Positions 11,151-18,699 of a DNA stretch of 64,000 nt are shown piece by piece. Made by a program: the position numbers and the translations under genes. The notes under the pieces were generated by a model. It was not told where the DNA came from and did no database searches. It saw only the letters and a list, made by a program, of their open reading frames with translations. Source of the stretch: Candidatus Kerfeldbacteria bacterium (GTDB lineage: Bacteria > Patescibacteriota > Patescibacteriia > UBA10025 > JAHIVO01); the NCBI GenBank assembly GCA_047946875.1, contig CP181398.1, positions 713,041-777,040 on the forward strand, written 5' to 3'. Position 1 is the stretch's first letter, and each line of letters opens with the position of its first letter.

Positions 11151-12053
11151 CTACTTTATTGAGCTACTTATACCAACTAATACGTCAGAAAAACTCCGAT
11201 TGTCACGATTAATACCAATTGGTAACCTAGGAATATCATTACAAGTAATAACTTTTCCTGACAATCTCTCTATCTCTTCCCATAGTTCACAACTTAAACC
11301 AATGATGAATTTGGAATATTCAACCATATAATTAGTAGGAATAGAAGCACTTTTACTAGGATTACCAAACGGTAAACAATATGGCAGAGAAATGTCCGGA
11401 TAATATGGAATAATACTATTACCCTCCATATAACCAACTGTCTTTCCTGACAATGGTACACCGATGAAAAAATCTCTCTCACAGAGCCAATCTATGACAT
11501 TATTAAATTCATAAACTGATTCAATCTCAAAAGTTGAATTTTTTCTAATAAATTGATTATTACACCAGTCTATCATAATACCGATAATACTTTTTTGAAC
11601 ATTCAAGCCTTTTTCCTTCATCAAAGATATTATCTGGTATAAAGTATCTCCGGAGAAACATCCATCATCAATAATAATAATTGGCTTGTCTTTCGGTAGA
11701 TTGTTTAACTGATCATCTATCGAGATACAACCAGGGCGGTTAGATAAGCCGATTTTTTTTAGAGTATTAATATCAGCAATTCTATTAATCTCTAAATAAC
11801 TATCAACCTCACAATATACTTGATCAATAGAAATAATAATCGCGTCGTTATTCTGTTGAATTTTCTGTTTCAATTGACTACTTAAATCTTCATAACTAAT
11901 CAATACTAATTCTGTAAACATTGAATTTAGATATTTAATTAATCGCTGCTGAATACTGACAAAAAAGTTATGATCAGGAATTTTATAATCAACCCCTCTA
12001 GTCCAGCGTTTCATCAAATATTCTAAATCTTCAGTAATAACATACCGTCTCAT
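11151..12053 (-). CDS. Type I phosphoribosyltransferase-like protein
   Basis: PRPP-binding loop IIIIDDGCFSGDTL. Confidence 0.65.
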   Translation of the reverse strand: MRRYVITEDLEYLMKRWTRGVDYKIPDHNFFVSIQQRLIKYLNSMFTELVLISYEDLSSQLKQKIQQNNDAIIISIDQVYCEVDSYLEINRIADINTLKKIGLSNRPGCISIDDQLNNLPKDKPIIIIDDGCFSGDTLYQIISLMKEKGLNVQKSIIGIMIDWCNNQFIRKNSTFEIESVYEFNNVIDWLCERDFFIGVPLSGKTVGYMEGNSIIPYYPDISLPYCLPFGNPSKSASIPTNYMVEYSKFIIGLSCELWEEIERLSGKVITCNDIPRLPIGINRDNRSFSDVLVGISSSIK

Positions 12054-12601
12054 TGTACTCTCCTTTTTAATAAGTACTTAAACCAATATTCATGAAAAAT
12101 TCCTACAATCTGACTACTCGGAACTTTTATTCCTGTTTGCTGAAAACCTAATTTTTTATTGATTGAAATTATAGGAAAATTATCTTCTCTCATTCTTGTT
12201 AAAAGAAGTGTGGACTTACCAATATCACTCAAATGTATAAAAATATCTTGCTTAAGTAGTGTGCCCACTCCTAAATTTTGAAATTCAGGACTAACACATG
12301 TTTCTCTGAGCCAGATTAATTTACAACCCACAAATTTTTTGGGAAAAACCCCTAATATTCCACCTCTCTCATTATTTAATTCTTCAATTGTCATACTGTT
12401 CCACCAGGTTGCACCAACCACCTGACCATCAATCTCCGCAACCAAGCATTTAAATCCTGACTTTAATCTTTGAATATTCCACCGTCTTTTAACTTCTTTA
12501 ATCGATAAATCTTCATACCAAGGAAAACCAGAAAATGCTTTTCTATAAATAATTTCAATACCAATAACATCATTCACTGTATATTCTCTTATCTTCATCA
12601 T
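12050..12601 (-). CDS. GNAT family N-acetyltransferase
   Basis: Motif A VSPEFQNLGVGTLL, motif B N...INKKLGF; ATGA overlap with the PRTase gene. Confidence 0.85.
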   Translation of the reverse strand: MMKIREYTVNDVIGIEIIYRKAFSGFPWYEDLSIKEVKRRWNIQRLKSGFKCLVAEIDGQVVGATWWNSMTIEELNNERGGILGVFPKKFVGCKLIWLRETCVSPEFQNLGVGTLLKQDIFIHLSDIGKSTLLLTRMREDNFPIISINKKLGFQQTGIKVPSSQIVGIFHEYWFKYLLKRRVQ

Positions 12602-12631
12602 TAACTCCTTCTATTTATTTTTTAAAGAACT

Positions 12632-13165
12632 TTATTTGTTAACTACTTTAATCGCCATATTTACAGCTTCTGCTGGTGTTCTAGCTGATAATATCTTTAA
12701 CCTCTTTCTGCTATCTAAAAACGTACCCACTAATTTGTCGGTCCATCCCCCTGTCCCGATTAATGCAACTATTGGAATATTTAACTGATAACCAATAGCA
12801 ATCTCTGTTAGCGTTCCTGATCCTCCACTTACAGAAATAATAACGTCACATGAATTTACCAATACAAATTCCCTACCTCCACCACGCTCTAAACCGGTAA
12901 CAATGATAATGTCTGTATTACCATCCTTATCCCAAATATCTTTCTTCACCCCATAAGTTACCCCTACTGTCAGACCACCTTGTTGCTTAGCGCCTCTAGA
13001 TGCCGCCGTTGAAAGAGAATCATAATCTTTTTCTGCTCCGAAGACGGTAATATTTTTTGATTTTGCTATTAACCTACCTAACTCGAACGCTGATTTTTCG
13101 ACCTCTGAAGAATATTTAAGGTCTGCTCCAGAACCTATCACTCCAATTTGAATTTTTCTTTTCAT
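12632..13165 (-). CDS. LOG/SLOG family protein (TIGR00725-like)
   Basis: IGVIGS start, GGLTVG, GGSGTLTEI, GGW motifs. Confidence 0.85.
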   Translation of the reverse strand: MKRKIQIGVIGSGADLKYSSEVEKSAFELGRLIAKSKNITVFGAEKDYDSLSTAASRGAKQQGGLTVGVTYGVKKDIWDKDGNTDIIIVTGLERGGGREFVLVNSCDVIISVSGGSGTLTEIAIGYQLNIPIVALIGTGGWTDKLVGTFLDSRKRLKILSARTPAEAVNMAIKVVNK

Positions 13166-13173
13166 ACTTTTTT

Positions 13174-13875
13174 TTAATTAATATTTATCTTCTCCATTTT
13201 GTAACAAGTAATATCCACATATCGATTTACTAATAAGGCAAAGAACTTCTCCCCCTTTATATTCACCTCTTCAAACTCTTTAAATTTTCCCTCTTTGTCC
13301 TCATAATCTTTTTTTAAAAGTTTCCCATAAACTCGAAAGAATGTTTTCTGATCTTGGCTCAAATCCTTTTTTAAAAAATCTTTAAGACTACTATATAATT
13401 TATTCTGATTTTCTACCGAATTTTTTGAACCACATTCAATCTCTACTCCACAATCTACAAACTGAGTTAATGGTCCAGGTTTCTTTAGATTCTTTGGACT
13501 CCAAATTACTATGTTCTGAAATGGCAATAAAGTTGATAATAATAAATTTTCTTTTTTTGGATTTGTTACGATTGTAAATATTCCAGTCTTAGCTGGCGTA
13601 CCATGAATATCAATAACATAGTCATATTTTTTAAATACTTGCATGAGTTCATACGCTCGACGTATTTCGTATTTAAAGCTATCTTTATTCCCCGGTGCTA
13701 CTCTATTTAAATCCGCGTCAATAAATCTTTTATTCTTTTCCAATGCCTCAGGATTTGAAATCTTCCAATCAAATCGAGATAAATTTTTTTGATCAGTAAG
13801 TTTTTTTAAGATTGGAATTGTAAACCCTTCATTACCGTGCGTTGCTGCTAAAAATAATATTTTTTTTCTTTTCAT
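13174..13875 (-). CDS. Succinylglutamate desuccinylase/aspartoacylase family Zn deacylase
   Basis: THGNE, DLNR, VIDIH, EIECG motifs. Confidence 0.85.
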   Translation of the reverse strand: MKRKKILFLAATHGNEGFTIPILKKLTDQKNLSRFDWKISNPEALEKNKRFIDADLNRVAPGNKDSFKYEIRRAYELMQVFKKYDYVIDIHGTPAKTGIFTIVTNPKKENLLLSTLLPFQNIVIWSPKNLKKPGPLTQFVDCGVEIECGSKNSVENQNKLYSSLKDFLKKDLSQDQKTFFRVYGKLLKKDYEDKEGKFKEFEEVNIKGEKFFALLVNRYVDITCYKMEKININ

Positions 13876-13903
13876 ATTTTTTAAATTAATTTAAAAAGTA
13901 AAG

Positions 13904-15007
13904 TTATGCATCTTTAATAAGATCACACATTCCACAAGCAACACATCCTGCTTTATCAGTTGAAATTATACCCACTTTATCCATTAAACGTTTTGAAAAA
14001 TATAAAACTTCCAGAAAATCTTTCCAATTTACAGTTGGAGCAAATGGATAATTCGGAATATCTTCAAAATATCGTCCAGCTAGTGGTGAGGGAATAACCC
14101 CTATTTTAATTACTTCCTCTATACCTTGTTTGAGGCTAGCTATTGGCTCAGTTCCAACTACAAAACATGTTGACACCCTTCCAACACCAAATTTTTTTAT
14201 GGCACGTTTAAAGGACGCAATATATAAATCTCTTTTACAAAATTTATTTTTTCCGGGAATTAATTTTGCACGTACTTTTTCATCCCAACATTCTAAATTC
14301 ATCATCAAACTAGATACTCCTGAAGCAGCTAATCTATCTATCCAGTTCAAATCTTTTGGTGGAGTAATTTCTACTGCAATTTGTAATTTTGGGTATGCTC
14401 GTTTAACGGCCTCAACAACTGGTTGAATAAACTCAATACCCCTTCCATCTGAAAAAGTCATACCTCCATTTATTGTTAAACCCCCATATTGGTCTACAGG
14501 TATTTTTTTTAATGCTGAAAGTATTAAAGCAGGTTTTTTTCTAATTAAAACCAAAGATCTATTTTTTAATGATTTGTTAATTACACAAAATTGACATTGA
14601 ATGTTTTTTGAAAACAAAGCACAGTCTTCATAAATTGAAATTGCTAATTGACAGTTATGAACAGTAACGATCTGTGTGATATTAAAACCATTTACATTAA
14701 ACTTATACCATGATGGTGGTGTAAGAGCTTTGCCTCTACATAGTTCTTTATTCTTTTGAGAAATAATAATATTTCTTGAGTCCGAAGAAGCAATAGAAAC
14801 CTTTAAATCAACCTTTCTTTTTTTATAAAATGGCGCATTCACAAATAAACAATTTGAAAGTAGCATTTTTCCTCCCGAACTTAATCCACCTCTTTTTACA
14901 TTAGATGGATTTTGATCCATAAATAATTTTTCAACAGATTGTGTAAAATTAACTCCTTCACACAACATTTTTGCTTTTAATTCTATTAAATTTTTTGATT
15001 TAGTCAT
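13904..15007 (-). CDS. Radical SAM protein resembling the MSMEG_0568/NitD family
   Basis: Atypical CX8CX2C (CALFSKNIQCQFC), C-terminal KAGCVACGMC; ATG at 15007 preferred because the track start at 15031 lies just past the terminator U-tract, inside the leader structure. Confidence 0.75.
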   Translation of the reverse strand: MTKSKNLIELKAKMLCEGVNFTQSVEKLFMDQNPSNVKRGGLSSGGKMLLSNCLFVNAPFYKKRKVDLKVSIASSDSRNIIISQKNKELCRGKALTPPSWYKFNVNGFNITQIVTVHNCQLAISIYEDCALFSKNIQCQFCVINKSLKNRSLVLIRKKPALILSALKKIPVDQYGGLTINGGMTFSDGRGIEFIQPVVEAVKRAYPKLQIAVEITPPKDLNWIDRLAASGVSSLMMNLECWDEKVRAKLIPGKNKFCKRDLYIASFKRAIKKFGVGRVSTCFVVGTEPIASLKQGIEEVIKIGVIPSPLAGRYFEDIPNYPFAPTVNWKDFLEVLYFSKRLMDKVGIISTDKAGCVACGMCDLIKDA

Positions 15008-15036
15008 ATTTTTATAATTTAAAAACCACACATAAT

Positions 15037-15064
15037 AAAAAACCTCTTTTTCAGTTAAAGAGGT
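15037..15064 (-). terminator. Attenuator terminator (3:4 hairpin) upstream of the radical SAM gene
   Basis: Minus strand ACCUCUUU-loop-AAAGAGGU followed by UUUUUAUU. Confidence 0.8.
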
Positions 15065-15097
15065 GTGTGGTTTACTACTTAATTAGAAACAAACCCT

Positions 15098-15157
15098 TTA
15101 ACTAAATAAAAAAGAGGCTTGTCTATGATGATTAATTATAATTTTAAAATTTTCCAT
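15098..15157 (-). CDS. Putative attenuation leader peptide MENFKIIINHHRQASFLFS
   Basis: ATG overlaps the yerC-like stop (TAATG); tandem CAT CAT codons immediately before alternative hairpins. Confidence 0.65.
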   Translation of the reverse strand: MENFKIIINHHRQASFLFS

Positions 15158-15456
15158 TATTTTAATTTTAGTCTATTGATTATTAATTGATAACCTCCTT
15201 TACCCTGGTTAATCCAATTAGCTACTCTTGCTACAGTGGTAGTGCTAACTTTTAATTTTTCTGAAATATCTCTATATGAAACACCTTTCACTATCAACTT
15301 AACCATTTGCCACCTATCACCAAGATCTGTCATTTCTTCCAAGGTACATAAATCTCTAAAAAACTTATTACATTCATCTTTGGTTTTTAATGAAAGTATT
15401 GCTTCGAATAATTCATTATTCTTCTTGACATCCCATTTAATATTTTTCTTAGGCAT
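15157..15456 (-). CDS. TrpR-like YerC/YecD (HisR-type) repressor
   Basis: FFRDLCT..E...RW..V.L...SYR.I.....STTTVARV...GGY. Confidence 0.92.
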   Translation of the reverse strand: MPKKNIKWDVKKNNELFEAILSLKTKDECNKFFRDLCTLEEMTDLGDRWQMVKLIVKGVSYRDISEKLKVSTTTVARVANWINQGKGGYQLIINRLKLK

Positions 15457-15466
15457 AGTATTATTT

Positions 15467-15494
15467 TGTATTACTGTGTTAACGCATTAATACA
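15467..15494. promoter_or_regulatory. Palindromic operator overlapping the yerC-like promoter
   Basis: TGTATTACTGTGTTAACGCATTAATACA, a near-perfect 28-bp palindrome abutting the minus-strand TTGACT...TGcTATTGT promoter. Confidence 0.7.
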
Positions 15495-15526
15495 ATAGCA
15501 TAACTATATTTATAGTCAAGTGACAG

Positions 15527-15535
15527 TTATCCACA
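15527..15535 (+). promoter_or_regulatory. Consensus DnaA box
   Basis: TTATCCACA in the divergent yerC/smpB intergenic region; single copy. Confidence 0.4.
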
Positions 15536-15562
15536 AATAAGCTATTATGTTAAAATATAATT

Positions 15563-16009
15563 ATGCCAACAATAAATAAAAACAAACAAGCATATTTTGA
15601 TTACGAGGTTTTAGATGAATTTGAAGCCGGGATTGTTTTGAGTGGTTCAGAAGTTAAATCTATAAAAAATGGTCAAATTAACTTAAAAGGTAGTTATGCC
15701 ACTATCAAAGGTAATGCTCTATGGCTGATTAATGCCCATATTAGTCCTTACTTACAGTCCTCTACTCAAACATCCTATACTCCAACTCAAGATCGAAAAC
15801 TATTATTACATAAAAAAGAAATTGGCTCACTTATAGGCAAACTGAAGACTAAGGGCTTGACAGTATTGCCACTTTCTGTTTATACTAAAGGGAGTCTAAT
15901 AAAGATAAAAGTAGGTGTTTGCCGTGGCAAAAAGGCTCATGACAAGCGCCAGCTCATTAAAAAGCGTGAAACAGATAAAGATATTAGACGATTATTAAGA
16001 AATAAGTAA
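15563..16009 (+). CDS. smpB: SsrA-binding protein
   Basis: EAGIVLSGSEVKS, RKLLLHKKEI, GKKAHDKR; probably leaderless (TGtTAAAAT 6 nt before ATG). Confidence 0.97.
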   Translation: MPTINKNKQAYFDYEVLDEFEAGIVLSGSEVKSIKNGQINLKGSYATIKGNALWLINAHISPYLQSSTQTSYTPTQDRKLLLHKKEIGSLIGKLKTKGLTVLPLSVYTKGSLIKIKVGVCRGKKAHDKRQLIKKRETDKDIRRLLRNK

Positions 16010-16034
16010 TTTTGCTTATTTTTTTAATACCATA

Positions 16035-16437
16035 GGGAGCGTTTATAATCGACAGTGCTATCACTATAAAAATCGCAAACCATCCAATTCTATTTATATG
16101 ATGTAAAACTATTAGTAGAAATTACACAAATGCCAAATCATTTGTAAGCAATGTGAAGACTGCATTTGCTAACGCATTTACACCTTCATTTGCGCCCGTA
16201 GTTGCCTAAAACCAACTGCCATCCTGCTCTTAATGTCTGATAGAGAGATCCAGGGTGTTATAATTCAGACTAGATATCAATTTTATCCTTTTAGTAGATA
16301 TTTAAAAAACATAAAGGATCGGATTGTTGGATTTTGCTTGTTATATACCAATGATCTCAAACAAAAAATAAGCTAAGTTTGTAGAAGTTTTTATATAATA
16401 ATACTAGACAGGGGTGCGACCCCCCTCGCTTCCACCA
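16035..16437 (+). ncRNA. ssrA: tmRNA
   Basis: GGGAGCG/CGCTTCC-ACCA acceptor stem with G3:U pair, T-arm AGGGG-TGCGACC-CCCCT, tag ORF 16132-16209, directly downstream of smpB. Confidence 0.93.
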
Positions 16438-16474
16438 TAAATATAATAATTAAGTAAGAAGAATAAATTTCTAA

Positions 16475-17017
16475 ATGAGAAAAAAATTTAATTTTAATAA
16501 AAAAACTACTAAAAAACTGAATGTAAATCAACAAATTCGTGCCAAAGAATTAAGAGTAATTGATGAAAAAGGAGAAATGCTTGGTTTAAAAAGTTTTGTA
16601 GAAGCTATGCAAATAGCTAATGAAAGAGATTTAGATTTGATTGAAGTATCTCCATTGGCTGATCCTCCCGTATGTAAGATTATGGATTATGGCTCTTACC
16701 AGTATCAACAAGATAAAAAAGAGCGGAAACAAAAAGCTAAACAGAAAAAAGTTGAAGTCAAAGGGATTAGATTAACTCTGAAAATTGGTCCTAATGATAT
16801 GGAAACACGTAAAAAACAATCTTTAAAATTTTTGGCCAAAGGAAATAAAGTAAAAATTGACTTAATTCTAAGAGGACGTGAGAAGGCACATACTGACATG
16901 GCTAAAGAAAAAATTAAAGCATTTTCTGATTCTATTGCAGAGAGTGAGAATATAGAAATAGAACAAGACATAACTAAGCAGGGTGGTAGATTATTCATGA
17001 TAATCGGAAAAAAATAA
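16475..17017 (+). CDS. infC: Translation initiation factor IF-3
   Basis: NQQIRAKELRVID, LDLIEVSP.ADPPVCKIMDYG, LRGRE. Confidence 0.97.
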   Translation: MRKKFNFNKKTTKKLNVNQQIRAKELRVIDEKGEMLGLKSFVEAMQIANERDLDLIEVSPLADPPVCKIMDYGSYQYQQDKKERKQKAKQKKVEVKGIRLTLKIGPNDMETRKKQSLKFLAKGNKVKIDLILRGREKAHTDMAKEKIKAFSDSIAESENIEIEQDITKQGGRLFMIIGKK

Positions 17018-17105
17018 TCCTAACCTGCATACTAATATATATCATTAGTATTGTTATTTATCATAAAATTATATATAATAAACTACCACTAAGAATTACA
17101 TAAAT

Positions 17106-17318
17106 ATGCCAAAATTAAAAACTCATAAAGCAACTGTTAAACGCTTCCGCTTCTCAGGCGCCAAAAAAGGTAAAAAGAAAATATTAAGACGACAATCAGG
17201 TCAGGATCATTTTAATGCAAGAGAATCTGGTAATGTTACCAAACGAAAGCGTCGAGATGTTTCAGCTGCAAAAAGCACTATTAAAGCTATTAAACAATTA
17301 ACCCCATACAATAAATAA
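17106..17318 (+). CDS. rpmI: 50S ribosomal protein L35
   Basis: MPKLKTHKATVKRF; located between infC and rplT. Confidence 0.95.
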   Translation: MPKLKTHKATVKRFRFSGAKKGKKKILRRQSGQDHFNARESGNVTKRKRRDVSAAKSTIKAIKQLTPYNK

Positions 17319-17319
17319 T

Positions 17320-17661
17320 ATGAGAGTCAAAAGAGGTACTACCCACGTCAAAAGACGTAAAGCAATTTTAAAGAAAACCAAAGGATTTAAGTGGGGTAGA
17401 AAGAATTTATTAAAACTTGCAAAAAACGCAGCTACAAAAGCTGGTGCTCATGCTTATCGTGATCGTAAAGTAAAAAAAAGAACTGCAAGACAGCTATGGC
17501 AAATCAAAATTAACGCAGCTGCCAGACAGCATGATACTACTTATGGTAAATTTATAGATGGATTGAAAAAAGCAAAGATTGAACTTGATAGAAAAGTACT
17601 AGCAGATTTAGCAGAAAACAATCCAAAAGTCTTTGAAGCAATTGTTAAGTTATTAAAATAA
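17320..17661 (+). CDS. rplT: 50S ribosomal protein L20
   Basis: MRVKRG, AYRDRK.KKR..R.LW...INAAAR, LDRKVLADLA. Confidence 0.97.
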   Translation: MRVKRGTTHVKRRKAILKKTKGFKWGRKNLLKLAKNAATKAGAHAYRDRKVKKRTARQLWQIKINAAARQHDTTYGKFIDGLKKAKIELDRKVLADLAENNPKVFEAIVKLLK

Positions 17662-17677
17662 GTTAAAAAATACAATT

Positions 17678-17706
17678 GGAGCGGTAGTTTCCCGCCGTTG
17701 GCGGGA
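17678..17706 (+). repeat. Copy of the tRNA-Asp 5' end joined to a GC-rich hairpin
   Basis: GGAGCGGTAGTT (identical to 17737-17748) followed by TCCCGCC-GTT-GGCGGGA. Confidence 0.8.
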
Positions 17707-17736
17707 CAAGCTCTATAAAGATGTAATAATAAATAT

Positions 17737-17813
17737 GGAGCGGTAGTTCAGTTGGCTAGAACGCTACCCTGTCACGGTAGAGGCCGCGGGTTCAAGTCCC
17801 GTCCGCTCCGCCA
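17737..17813 (+). tRNA. tRNA-Asp (GTC)
   Basis: Cloverleaf: GGAGCGG/CCGCTCC acceptor, CTACC-CT GTC AC-GGTAG anticodon arm, GGTTCAAGT T-loop, encoded CCA. Confidence 0.96.
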
Positions 17814-17910
17814 CCTAGTTTGGATAATAAGACTAGGCTTGTTTTGGATATTAAAGATTCATTTATGCAAAGACTTGAATTTACCTGAGCTAACAAGCGA
17901 GGGTAAATCA

Positions 17911-17969
17911 AAGTCCCGCCTGCCCCGTAAAAATGAACGGAGTGAATGACTGCGGGGTCCGCTCCGCCA
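17911..17969 (+). repeat. Copy of the tRNA-Asp 3' end split by a 39-bp hairpin insertion
   Basis: AAGTCCCG + CCTGCCCCGTA...TGCGGGG (17919-17957) + TCCGCTCCGCCA. Confidence 0.8.
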
Positions 17970-18080
17970 CTAAGCTTATAAAAATAAACCTAGTTTTTTT
18001 GTAGTATAAAAAGAAAAACACCATTTCTCTATCCGAAGATAAAAAAATGGTGTTATGAAACTTACTTATGAAATAGCAGT

Positions 18081-18494
18081 TCATCGCATTATCCAGACAG
18101 CTTCCATTGTAGCTATCACTTTACCACTTCTTGTTGTGGCTTCTCCCTTCATGATGATTTCATCGCCTGTCTTTTTACCTTCTCTATCTATCCAGCAAGT
18201 AATAACAAATGGCGATTTCATACTAAGTACATTAATGAACTTAACTGTCTGAGAAGCAGTTATAGCACTATTTATGCCATAACAGAAATAAATACACATG
18301 CCGACTGTATCATCAAATAATGCACCAATAGCACCCCCATGCGCAAACTTGTAAAAACTCAATGCTTCTGGATTAAGATTTGTGATTTCTACACTATACT
18401 TCTTCGTTTTGGCATTAAATTTACCAAGTTTATCAGCACCCAGTAATTTGGCTAATCGCGTTAGCTCTGTTGGTAGGCCCTCATATTTACCCAC
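18081..18494 (-). CDS. PaaI-like hotdog-fold thioesterase
   Basis: HGGAIGALFDDTVG motif; GTG start with GGGGAG SD. Confidence 0.8.
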   Translation of the reverse strand: MGKYEGLPTELTRLAKLLGADKLGKFNAKTKKYSVEITNLNPEALSFYKFAHGGAIGALFDDTVGMCIYFCYGINSAITASQTVKFINVLSMKSPFVITCWIDREGKKTGDEIIMKGEATTRSGKVIATMEAVWIMR

Positions 18495-18521
18495 AACTCC
18501 CCATTTCTTTGATTATATTGT

Positions 18522-18557
18522 CATTGTACATTTAACTTACATTGTACATTTAACTTA
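18522..18557. repeat. Perfect 18-bp tandem duplication
   Basis: CATTGTACATTTAACTTA x2 in the thioesterase leader. Confidence 0.9.
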
Positions 18558-18606
18558 CTATATATATAGTATATATTGATATTTATGTCAATATGAGAGT
18601 GTATAA

Positions 18607-18663
18607 TATTGACCAACATCTAATCCTTTGGTAAGGTGATTTAATATAAAGAATAGAAATAAA
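18607..18663 (+). promoter_or_regulatory. Shared promoter/leader block, copy 1
   Basis: TTGACC-N17-TAAGGT with extended TG; 52/57 identical to 20679-20735. Confidence 0.8.
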
Positions 18664-18699
18664 CATAGCAAATCTTAAAAACTTAAAAAGGAGGCAGAA

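Noticed and set aside
17030-17052. ATACTAAT...ATTAGTAT inverted repeat between infC and rpmI as an L20 leader or second YerC site
   Set aside because: AT-rich, and matches neither a recognisable L20 leader nor the TTA-N6-TAA operator.
17752-17949. 65-aa ORF
   Set aside because: It runs through tRNA-Asp and its scar; not a credible CDS.
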